Of a DNA stretch of 42,164 bases, positions 13,368 through 23,518 are shown one piece after another. This DNA is from Craspedostauros australis (Eukaryota): positions 1-42,164 of the forward strand of contig JALAGF010001174.1 of assembly GCA_030167865.1 (NCBI GenBank). Reading direction: 5' to 3'. The translations under genes and the position numbers were made by a program. A model generated the notes under the pieces. The model worked only from the letters and a program-made list of their open reading frames with translations, made no database searches and was not told the origin of the DNA. Each line of letters opens with the position of its first letter. Position 1 is the first letter of the stretch.

Positions 13368-14825
13368 TCAGTTATGAATCGGCTGCCAATGCAACTGTAC
13401 ATTCTCCGAGAATTTGACATCCGTCAATACCAATGCATTCGGCGGAGCGCATGCGAATGGTTTCTTTGAATTGATGCTGGCGCCATCGTCGTCTTCGCCG
13501 CTTTCATCATCGTCGGTCGTATCTGAGATGTTTCCATCCCACGTCCCGCATTCCAATGCGCGTTCTACGTCCGACGGTGTCAAATCTCCAACCCCAATCG
13601 CCACCAAAGCGCCCGCGATCAGTCGCACCATTTTGTACAAGAATCGATCCCCCGTCACGGAAATTTCCATTGTCACTGTGCGTGGCATCCCAGCTGGAAA
13701 CGTTGCAGCCGATATCGGAGGTACTGTGCGAATCCGGACATGGTCAAGGGTGCATGGTGTGTCGTGCCGCTTGCGTCTGTCCTGTGTTTCACACGGCGCG
13801 CCTAGGAATGCTGAAAAGTCATGCCTGCCTTGCAGTATTGCGCATGCAGTTTGAACTGCCTCAGCGCAAAAATCATCGGAGACGACGTGCCAGACCATTC
13901 GTGATGTTGTGGGATCCAGCAATGGCCCAATGGAGATGCGGCAGGTGTATGTTGTGGAGATGGTGCTGTGAGTCGGGTGGAACGGCAGCGCTGTTGTGTT
14001 CGAAGTGTCCGTCCTTCGCACCATGCACGGGGCGATCCCGGCAATCCGGACGTCGGCCAGCAGCATCCTGTTCAGCGCGAAAGCCATTTTGGAAAGATCA
14101 CCGTTCATCGGCACCGATTCAAAGTACGTGGCATCCGTCGATGACAATGGATACGGCATGTTCTTGCCAGGTATGCTCCGAGTGATGTTGGATTCCTGCA
14201 CCGCGTGTTCATTTTCGTATTCCAAGGCTCGGAGCACGTCCTTTTTCAAGCAGTACACTTGCGCGATCATGCCGGTCGCATGAACACCTTGGTCCGTGCA
14301 ACTGCAGCCTTCGATGACGATCTGTTGTGGATCGACGTTGCCGTAGATCCTTGCCAAATGGCGACGCAATTCTCCCTCGACGGGTCGCACGAAGCCCGGT
14401 CGCAGTTCAGGCAGAATTCCCTTGCGTCGCTTTCTGCGAGATGGACGAGGTACGGTCGGCAGTTGTGGTGGGTACGGCTGCGCATTGGATGATTGTTCCT
14501 TTGCTTGATTTGAAGCACTCCATCCAGTGTATCTGGCGCCGTCGTAGCTGACCTTTAGCAAGATACTCGTATGGTCCTTGTAGCTGAAAGCCTCATTCTG
14601 ATCTGCAAGAAGCATCGCCGACGAAGACAAACATGTTGTCGATGGTACCCATGTCGTCGATTGTGTCGGCGGTGTCGAGACTGCATTTGCCGATATCCGT
14701 GATCTATGATGTACACGGGGAGTATCCGGCGGCACGAACACAGTGAAAGCATCCGTTGATGTTGCAGCCATGAGCATCATGGCTGCCATGACCGAGAACG
14801 CAAGTTCCATTTGTGTTGTGCTCAT
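13368..14825 (-). CDS. truA: TruA-family tRNA pseudouridine synthase, probably plastid-targeted (485 aa)
   Basis: VSYDGARYTGW, GCSCTDQGVHATG (catalytic Asp motif), FHPT, GRHDFSAF, GDRFLYKMVRLIAG, APPNALVL. The N-terminus is a signal peptide ending TDA-FTV (ASAFAP-like) followed by an S/T-rich transit peptide. Confidence 0.88.
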   Translation of the reverse strand: MSTTQMELAFSVMAAMMLMAATSTDAFTVFVPPDTPRVHHRSRISANAVSTPPTQSTTWVPSTTCLSSSAMLLADQNEAFSYKDHTSILLKVSYDGARYTGWSASNQAKEQSSNAQPYPPQLPTVPRPSRRKRRKGILPELRPGFVRPVEGELRRHLARIYGNVDPQQIVIEGCSCTDQGVHATGMIAQVYCLKKDVLRALEYENEHAVQESNITRSIPGKNMPYPLSSTDATYFESVPMNGDLSKMAFALNRMLLADVRIAGIAPCMVRRTDTSNTTALPFHPTHSTISTTYTCRISIGPLLDPTTSRMVWHVVSDDFCAEAVQTACAILQGRHDFSAFLGAPCETQDRRKRHDTPCTLDHVRIRTVPPISAATFPAGMPRTVTMEISVTGDRFLYKMVRLIAGALVAIGVGDLTPSDVERALECGTWDGNISDTTDDDESGEDDDGASINSKKPFACAPPNALVLTDVKFSENVQLHWQPIHN

Positions 14826-15344
14826 TCCGACAATGCGGAGGCAATGTCTAACTTGAGACGAAGGGATAACTCCGATGATACTCTTCGAATCAATGTAGAG
14901 TAGAGTAAGTATGCAGTATACACCTCCACGGTTCAGCAATGTAGGTATTATGCTTGCACCATACGAGTGCGAGTCACATACTTACGAATGCAAGTACTCG
15001 TGGACGTCACCGGTGGGTGTGATGGATGTCCGTGAGGAACTCGAGAGCGACTGTTGGCGCTTCTTCGGCCATTTGGATGCGCAATGGGTGGTTCCGATTC
15101 ATTCGACTAAACTTCCATGATGGGAAAGATACCAAATTGTGTTGTTCGGCTCTCAGAACCAACTCGGGCGTCCACAATCCACCCAAACCTGTACCAGCAC
15201 CAGCACCAGCACCAACTCCAGCAGGCACAAACGCGTCCCTGCAGGCCAAGAGCCACCCTTGGACCTGCACGAATAAGATCTACGAGTACGCGCCAGACAA
15301 GAGCATCTGCAGATAAGCACATCTCAATTGCATCAAATTCGGCC

Positions 15345-16160
15345 ATGAGATTGACAACGGCAGCATGTGCGGTACAAACCGCCCGCGCTGCCCTTGCCAC
15401 AGCAGGCCATCGATGGAAGTACCAGACGGTGGAATGGAGTCCCAAAGTTGCGCTGGCATACGATCGATTGCAAACAGTTGCGACGCACTGCGTGCTGCCA
15501 AATTTGCCATCCATCCAAACGAGTCAAGAACGGCACGATTTTTTCAATGCGGAAATGGGGAGTCCACAGCAACAACAACGCATCACAACGATCGCGACAT
15601 GCTGGCATTCCGATGCGCGGTCCTTGTTAGATTTTGTGGAAACGCTGGAAACGGACAAAATCTTGTTGGTCAGCGGCAATGACAAGAGCAGAGATACGAT
15701 GTCCTCCATTTCTGCAGCGAGGATATTGCGAGATGGGAAGAATCAGGAGCTCGATATTTGGGGTGTTGCCAATCCCAACGATCAGCGCAGTGTCGAGGAC
15801 GTCGAACGCAAAGTCGAAGCCGGCATGACAGGATTCATGACGCAGCCCTTGTTGTGTTCCACTGCTCACGCGACGTTGGAGTCGTATCCACGCAACGGGC
15901 AGGCGGAGTACATTGCCGGATTGGCGTTGCCGAAGACCGCCAAGAGTTTGCAATTCTGGTTGCGGTGTTTGGATCAGCCAGAGCTGGAAAAGGATCCGCT
16001 GTTTCGCAGTCACTTGGCCTTCTTCTCGCAACCATACTACACTCCGATCGTCTGGGCCGGACGGGAGCTGCAGGATCTGTCGATGCGGACGACAGCAGAT
16101 GGCGTGCATTACATGCCGTTGCAGAATGTTAATATGTTGATGGAATTGTTGGGCGTGTGA
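15345..16160 (+). CDS. MTHFR-fold (methylenetetrahydrofolate reductase-like) TIM-barrel protein
   Basis: The motif order matches the MetF barrel: VEWSPK (cf. FEFFPPK), ILLVSGND (cf. LALRGD), WGVANPN, KVEAGMTGFMTQ (cf. KVDAGADFxITQ), IAGLALP, DGVHYMPL (cf. GLHFYTLN). The start is uncertain: in-frame ATGs are at 15117 and 15345. Confidence 0.75.
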   Translation: MRLTTAACAVQTARAALATAGHRWKYQTVEWSPKVALAYDRLQTVATHCVLPNLPSIQTSQERHDFFNAEMGSPQQQQRITTIATCWHSDARSLLDFVETLETDKILLVSGNDKSRDTMSSISAARILRDGKNQELDIWGVANPNDQRSVEDVERKVEAGMTGFMTQPLLCSTAHATLESYPRNGQAEYIAGLALPKTAKSLQFWLRCLDQPELEKDPLFRSHLAFFSQPYYTPIVWAGRELQDLSMRTTADGVHYMPLQNVNMLMELLGV

Positions 16161-16396
16161 CATGGGGACCGTGGCGAAGTGAGACGCAAACAACAGAGCC
16201 ACATGTTAATGCATACGAGTACACATACCACATAGTAGAGTCGAGCACGTAGAGCCCACAGAGTTCTGTGCACGTGGAGGGAGAAAAACCGTGCGCCATG
16301 TTTAGTTGGATTTGCTGGCTGCTCGCACAATAGTACTATATCTGTTCCTTGTCCCCGCACAGCAAATTTACCGTACAAAGGATTGAAGGGTGTCAG

Positions 16397-19300
16397 CTAC
16401 CGTCTCCGTCCCCGGCTTAGTGCAAGGACGACGGCGGCGCCTGCCGCAACTGCCGTCGCTGCAAGGATTCCGGAGCCCACCGACCACGAAGAACCGCGCT
16501 TGTCAACGTCAGCGCCATCTCCAATGCTTCTTCCCAAAGATCGAGACGCTTCCTCAATCGGGAGTTCGTCTTCGCAGACTGATTTTTCTTCGTAGAATGG
16601 GACGGCTTTGTCGCCTTCGTTGGGCGTTGCCGCATCACTGTCAGCATTCAGAGATTGCTTCACCAAATCAAAGATTTCATCCATGTACCCAGTAGAAGTA
16701 TCCTTGATCAATGGTGGGAGCTTGTACAGCAACCGTTTGAGCCCCAGCATCGTCGTTGGTCGTTTATACGCGATAGAGATGAGCAGTTCCGTGGGACACG
16801 CGAAGCCGGACAAGCACTGCTCCTTCGCTGCCATGAAGTTGCGCCATCGACCCAGCTTGTCGTACAGCTCCGATTGCGCTGCCGTCCAGGTCGGAAGGTG
16901 TCCGCTCTCACATCGTTTGCGCAGGGCGAGGTAGTCGACATGTCTGCCATGCGACTCCGGCTTGCTCGACCATAGATCTTCGCATCGATATTGCGTGCGG
17001 GAGATGACTTGCATCAGCTCTAACTGCATTCGCAGCTCTCTCGAATCGAATTTGGTCTGCTTGGGTTCGTCGTCCTTTTGCAAGTCGGGTTGATCCGCTG
17101 CTACTTCATCATCATCGTCATGGTCGTCGTCGTTCATGCGCGAATCTTGAAAGAAATCCTCTTCGTCGCTCGATGCGAAATCCATTGGCGTTGCGTAGCC
17201 CTCGGCGTCATCTTCGTCATCAAATTGGCGCAGAATCGCCGCCAACGATGATGCCACCTGTTTCGCTTCTTCGTATTTGGCCGCCGACGATCGGTCCCAC
17301 AGTTCGTATCGTGTCAAATCACGCATGAGGAGCTGTCGCAGCACGACGAGGTATTGCACATCGTAGCGCGCATACAGCAGCATGGGCTGCGTCAAAGGCC
17401 GTTGCCTCCAATCTGTGGTCTGATACTGCGCCTTTAGCCGTTCGTACGCTTTGCTCGTCCGGAGGTTGTACTTGGCACAGATCTTGGCCAGGCCTTTGCC
17501 TTGGAATCGCAAGCAATCGGCGGCCTCGAACGTATCAAAGGCATTGACAACGAAGACGCCGAAATCGCGGTGCAAGCTGGTGACGTCCAAACCACCGATA
17601 CCGTGTCCAATTTTGACGATGGTGGGATCCGCAAAGAGGGGGCGGAGCTTGTCGCCGATGTAGGTCCACATGCTGGGTGCGAGCGGATCGATGATGTACG
17701 ATTTCCCGTTGTTGGGTTTGAGCTGGATGAGGCAAGTGAGCTGGGCATTCTTGGAACGATTGTAGGATTCCAAATCGAATGCCAGCTCTGTTGGTTTCGA
17801 CGACTGTGTATTGTGGTGAGTTGTGTTTCCATTTTTCGTTTGCGTGCGTGTAGTGAAGTGCAGTGAACGGTGGGGTGACGAGAATGGGAACGGAAACACG
17901 GAAGAACACGGTAGTTGTTGTTGCATGCATGTATGCGGGAGTGAAGTGAATTGCATCAGAACGGTGAGAATCAAACGTGATCGTTGCACGCGAATCATAC
18001 AACCGGAACGCGCTCCTACTGGCTCAAACGTACCGTGATTTCTTGAATGCACTGATCCATACGGGCGGGTGTATCTACCAGCAGCCAATCCTCGCCATGC
18101 ACTGTGCCAGGAGGCGCAACATCGGACAAATCCTTGCCTTCCAACGCCTCGAAATCCAGAACATCCGCACCGTGCGTGCCGAGGGGACGCAAGCAATCTC
18201 CGGGTTGGTCGACCAGTCTCTGGATCTTATCCTTGTAGTGCTCCGTCATGGACTGGACTGTTTGTTCGTCGGGATTGGTCCGCCGACAAAACCATGGTTT
18301 GAAAGTGAGGACGGAAAATGGCGGATGGATCACATCTGATATTGGAGGTTCGCTGGTAGCGTTGCTGCTCTGTTCGTTATTGTTGCTGTTATTCGTTGAT
18401 GTCGATTGCGCTTGTTCCAGATAGTCCAGTCCGTTGCTGAAGATAGAGATAGCAGTGACGCGACACAATTCATTGGTTTGCGTGGCATCATTCAGCAACA
18501 TGACTCTTTTGCTGGTGTGAAACAAACCGACTGCGAGCGTGGACGTGGGTGTGGATGTGAGCGTGCAAACAAGGCAAAGTCCACGATCGTCCATCCATTG
18601 ATTCATTTTCATGTGTTGGTTGGTTGAAAAGACCGAGATTGGCATGGCGAAGGATTGAATGGTGAGATGTGATACTCCTTTGTGTTTGTTCATGCACATA
18701 CATAGATCATAGTAACCCAGAAGAGAAGGAGGAATGCAAGATGGCGCACGCCCGTCAAAGCACGCATAGTCATTCGCGGATGCGGCGGGGTGGGTGCCAA
18801 ATGACGTACCATCGACACAATATGAGTGGATCATCCGTCGTTTGCGCCCCGTCAGATTCTTGGGGAGCATGAGGTACGGTTTCGTCAGCATGTCCTGCGT
18901 CAACGATGGAAATACGCATCTGCCGATGACGATGGGTGCTGGATTGTTGCCAAGCTGTGCTGCCACGTCAGTGGCGTCCTTGTTTTCGGACGTGACGATG
19001 AAGGAAGGTGGCGGGGTGATGGAAGAGCAGAACTGCTGCAGAGACATGGTGCCCTCATGCAAGGCCTCCGCTCCCTGCTTGTACTCCGTGAGATATTGAA
19101 TCGCCAGCTTGCTTCCCATGAAGGAGAGGCCTTCATTGGGGTTGTTGTGATTGTAGCTGTCGTCGGTGAAAGTTGCATCATTGTCTCCAGCAAGCTTGGC
19201 CTTTTTGTTCTTCTTCATTTTCTTCTGTTTCTGCTTGCCATTGCCATTGCCATTGCCATTGCCATTGCCTTTACCATTGCCGTTGTTCTTGTGCTTGTGC

Positions 19301-19551
19301 TTGTTGTTGCGTTGGTGTTTGTCTGGTGTGCTTGCTTTGGTTGATGAACCACCGGGCGCATTCCTGTTGCCGTCGGTCGTCGCCATCGCTTTTGTGCTCT
19401 CCATGTCTCCGCCATCAACATGCACAATCGCTCCAGTTCCGTTGCCTTCGCCAGATGCAGAGTCGAAGCCCCCACTCTCCGTGATCGAAGCGTCGCGATG
19501 CTGGTCCCGTAGATTCTCGTACAGCTCCTTCTTGCGATCGAATCGTCCCAT
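16397..19551 (-). CDS. RRP6/RNase D-like DEDDy 3'-5' exonuclease with R3H, HRDC and C-terminal hydrophobic tail (881 aa, 3 exons)
   Basis: Exons are 19551-18810, 18530-18034 and 17803-16397, with introns GTACGT..CAG of 279 and 230 nt. ExoI ELAFDLE, TCLIQL, ExoII HGIGGLDVTSLHRDFG, ExoIII DWRQRPL..YARYD. HRDC-like LGRWRNFMAAKEQ..PTELLISIAYKRPTT. R3H-like LTGRKRRMIHSYCVDVGLFHTS is formed across intron 1. Confidence 0.9.
19234..19281 (-). repeat. (GGCAAT)n hexamer encoding a Gly-Asn repeat in the exonuclease N-terminus
   Basis: Seen directly as TTGCCA repeats on the + strand; translates to NGNGKGNGNGNGNGNGK. Confidence 0.85.
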
Positions 19552-20242
19552 GGTGTTGTGCTAAATGTATACTAACGTCTTCTGTCTATATGCGGACGCG
19601 TAGTCGTATCTCTATCTCGTGTATGCGTTCCGTTGTGCAGCGTAACCTCACTCTCTATGCTCTTGCCGTCACCATTGCCGTCGCCAACGTCGACCTGAGC
19701 AATCGTATCTTCACCTCCATGTGTTTGTGCCAACATCGTTGCACACGGCCTCACGGCGCCTTCCACGAGCAAGACCATCGTGGACGACATCCGAGCACCA
19801 AACCCAACGCGGAATTGCGTTTGGTGTCAAGAGAGGGAAATGAATCTTGTTTTGCGTGAAGACACACGTTTCGATTCATTCGTGATTCAACAAGAATGGA
19901 CTCCGGTTGGCGGAAGGACGATCATTCTTCCTCGATGGATTCATGCATGCCAAACTTGCCACCAACCCAAATGTGGCGCGAAATCTCGCGAACAACACGA
20001 ACAACGACGCAAGCAACCGCAACAAAGCGGAGAGACACAACAAACAACAACAGACACAAAACACAAAATCGCTGGGTGAGACACTTCGGCTTTCATTTCA
20101 TTCCACTTTTGCAACAAAAAGGACACAGCTGTCTTCCTCGCTTCGCCCATACACATTATATTATACACCGTTGCCAGTTCATTGAAGAGAAAGGGTACAA
20201 GCAAAAAGTCAAACGACAAGAAAGAAGAAAGGAGAAAGAAGA

Positions 20243-21442
20243 ATGAGATTCAAGGCCAAGCTGACGACGGAGAAGGTGGATTATTTCCATTCGCTGCTGG
20301 CGCCAATGGTCAAGGTATGCGATTCCTCCAACCCGTCGCACTCCATCCTCTACCTCGATCCCACGCACGTTCGCATCCCGCTCAGGCACGAACAAGATGG
20401 CATCTCCACATTCGCCGAGTTGTCCTCCAAGGCGCTCTTCGTCGAATCCAGAATCGAATCTCAGGCCAACAATGCCATCGTCATGGAGATGGATCTCACG
20501 CATCTCAAGATGGCACTGCAATCCGTGCTGTCATCCTACAACCACAAGAACACCCACATCCCCAACCGTTACGGCAATCACGGTGGTGGTTCGTCCGGCA
20601 CGTACCGCAACAACAACAATTCCATACAACCCCTCGACACGGCCAACATCCGCTCCGCCATGGCCGCCGCCGCGGCACGATCGTCGCTCGTGTCGTTGAA
20701 ATTAGCCAAACGCAACGGCGTCCCATGCTTGTGTTTGGACGGCACGGTGGCTTCCTTCGTGGATCTGCATCACGCCATTCCAGTCCGCATCGTGCGCGTG
20801 GCAGAAGCCAATTCCGTCATGCCACCGCAATTCGGATCTCTGCAGCTGCAACTACAAATACCGCCCACTTTGCCGTTGCGCAACGTTATTGATAAGATGA
20901 AACACATGGGGAAGTATGGTACGCATAACAATGGTTTCGAGAATGGCAGTCTTGTTGAGCGTGTTGCATTATGTCTTCGCTACATTCCTCAACTGCTCAG
21001 CTCACCAACCACTTTGCACTTCTATTCAATCCAATTCAATTTATCCTCCCTCCACACTCACACTTTCACAATAACACACAAAACAATAACAATGACAACA
21101 GTCTATCTGGATGGTGCCATGCGAGGCGATTTGACGATCCGCATGGAGCATGAAGGTGCAGCCGTGCGCTGCTTTTACAACCAGCTGACGCCGTATGTGG
21201 GAGAATCGGACCAGCCTCCCGATCTGACAACGGAATGCACAGTCAAGGTGGACGCCTCCAAGCTGGCGGCCTGCTTGCAATGGCAGTCCTCACCGTCCAA
21301 TTCCATCGTGTCCTCTTGCATCATCGCCATGATCGAACAGGAGGTCCTTATTCTGCATGTCTTCCTCATGTCGTCCGATACAGACTTTCTGACGTATTAC
21401 ATTCCTGTACAGTACATTAATGCAGAAGAAGGTTACGAGTAG
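20243..21442 (+). CDS. HUS1: Checkpoint clamp (9-1-1) subunit HUS1, 338 aa, 2 exons
   Basis: N-terminal MRFKAKL, LFVESRIESQANNAIVMEM, LKLAKRNGVPCLCL, HAIPVRIV, LRNVIDKM and C-terminal LTYYIPV are typical of the Hus1 family. Intron 20919-21101 (GTACGC...ACAG, 183 nt). Confidence 0.9.
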   Translation: MRFKAKLTTEKVDYFHSLLAPMVKVCDSSNPSHSILYLDPTHVRIPLRHEQDGISTFAELSSKALFVESRIESQANNAIVMEMDLTHLKMALQSVLSSYNHKNTHIPNRYGNHGGGSSGTYRNNNNSIQPLDTANIRSAMAAAAARSSLVSLKLAKRNGVPCLCLDGTVASFVDLHHAIPVRIVRVAEANSVMPPQFGSLQLQLQIPPTLPLRNVIDKMKHMGKYGTHNNGFENGSLVERVALCLRYIPQLLSSPTTLHFYSIQFNLSSLHTHTFTITHKTITMTTVYLDGAMRGDLTIRMEHEGAAVRCFYNQLTPYVGESDQPPDLTTECTVKVDASKLAACLQWQSSPSNSIVSSCIIAMIEQEVLILHVFLMSSDTDFLTYYIPVQYINAEEGYE

Positions 21443-21516
21443 ACTATATTCATAGAGCAGACATACATTACGAATCGCAACTCCGCACTTCACTGGTTTC
21501 ACTCCGCACTCATATG

Positions 21517-22998
21517 CTACAGCTCCGTCCGACCATCGCGTCCATACATCTCCGTTGTTGCTGTCTCACTTGTGTCTGCGCCATCCGCCTCACCCGATTC
21601 GCCCATCGACGCAAGATGCTTGGCCATCAGGTGGTCCTTTGCTGCGATGGACGGGTATCGTTGCAACGCCAGTTTGTGCTGTGCCTCCGTCTCCGAACAT
21701 GAATCCAAAGGTAGAACCTCCGTCTCGCCATTCACATTGACAAAGTACGCCATCGAGTAGCGGCGTTGCAGCGATGCATCCGATGGCATCACGACTCTGT
21801 GCAACGTCGATTTCCATTGGTCTGCAAATGCGTGTGTGACCGTTGGTGTGGTTGTGAGACGAAGATGAAGATCAGACGAATGTGAGCTCCAGGGTGTTGG
21901 AAAATACAAGGCACAAGGAGCCATTCATACCCTACGAGGAGAGTACATCAACATCGCTCAACAATATCACAACAATCAATCACTACAGAACCCTCCACTC
22001 CGCTGCTCTAGCATGCGCATGCGCGTGTGCCTGTACAAGGACTCACCATTGGTCCAACGTTGCATGAGATCACCAAGATTGATGATGAAAGCGTCCTTCA
22101 CAAATGGCACGGAGTACCATCGATCATCCTCCTCATCCTCATCCTCACCATCACCACCTTGCAACAGAACCTGCAACCCCGGTTGCTGAGCTGTCAAAAT
22201 CGTCGTCATGCCGTAATCAGAATGAGCACCTGCTCGCACCACCGTCTCGTTTCTCGGTGGATCCAACGGATAGTAATTCACCAACCGCAATGCCGACATG
22301 TGATGTGACATGCGACTTACAAAGTAATCTTCGGGCTGTTGCAAACCCAGGGCGAAGATCCGACCCAACACCAACGCCAGACCTTCCATGGATTCAAAGT
22401 ACGCCACCAAGGACGATTCGAATCCAGGCACGACATCCGGCTGCCCGTACCATCGTCGCGACGGCATGCCGGATTGCACGTTGTTGGGACCCAAACTGAA
22501 CGTCTCCTTTTCGTCGATGCTCATGCCGTTGCGGTTTGCGTCATCGTCGTTCTTGCTGTCATCAATCTGATCGCCATCCAACTGCTTGCCGCGCACGAGC
22601 TGCTCCGACTCCTCAAATCCGTACGGATACTCGGCCTCATTCGTGGTGCGGAATCGTCGCTTCGTGTCCTTGTCCAGATCAAAGAAGGCATGCGATGCTT
22701 GCCACGTCGTGTCGATCGTCGCTGCGTCAATGCCATGATTGGAAATCATGAAGAACCCCACCATGCGGCAGGCACGACGCACCTGATCGACGACGACATC
22801 GCGTTCGGCCTGCGTGCTCGTGGCTCTGTGAGTCGTCCAGGATGCAATGTCGATGAGGGGGACCAGCGAATCGAGGGTGTCCGTAATCGTTTCGTCGGCC
22901 ATGGCGACGCGCGAGCACAGCGCAATCAGGAGCAGGAGTAGAAGTAGAAGTTGGGAGAGAGCGTATCCCTTGCCGTGATTCAGAATCTGAATTGGCAT
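21517..22998 (-). CDS. 2-oxoglutarate/Fe(II) dioxygenase (IPNS/DIOX type) with signal peptide, 418 aa, 2 exons
   Basis: VPLIDI, ACRMVGFFMISNHGI, LRLVNYYP, GAHSDYG (HxD), NLGDLMQRWTND, STLHRV (distal His), RYSMAYF (RxS). Exons are 22998-22047 and 21821-21517, with intron GTGAGT...TTGCAG (225 nt). Leu-rich signal peptide; C-terminus RTEL. Confidence 0.93.
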
Positions 22999-23518
22999 GG
23001 TCGTATTAATAGATGGTATTATACGTGTACTATACAATAATGATGTGTGTGATTGGGAGGTACTACTATGATGGATGATGTAGGATAGGTCGTCCACGAA
23101 CAGCATCGCATCGCTTGTGTGCAATGCTTCAGACAGCAATAGCACATCGCGGAACAGTAACAACCGCTAAGAGAGATCGAAGAGGACCGTTGTTAGTCAA
23201 AGATCGACAAAGATACGAGTCTTGTGTTCTCATTTAGTTGTGTTGATTCCCGAATGGAATTTGGAATTCTGGATTGCGACCGATGCAACGAACCCATCAT
23301 CGCGATCATCATCGTGAAAATGGATCAAGAGTTCCAAATCAGGTGGACGAAACATGGCAACGCATCAAGGAAGAAGACACAACAACGCAACAGACAGAAA
23401 CAAGCACCACGCTGCCATCACAAAGTTGTTTGTGGAGTAGTTGTGCATCTTGAATACGGCTACTCGTAGAGCAGTTCATTTACTCTCCTTCCAGAAGACC
23501 GTCAGCATCATCCCCACC

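Noticed and set aside
11614-22998. P450 plus 2OG dioxygenase as a domoic-acid-like (dab) or other biosynthetic cluster
   Set aside because: They are 8.4 kb apart and separated by four unrelated genes (TruA, MTHFR-like, exonuclease, HUS1). No prenyltransferase/terpene cyclase or other scaffold-forming enzyme is present in the window.
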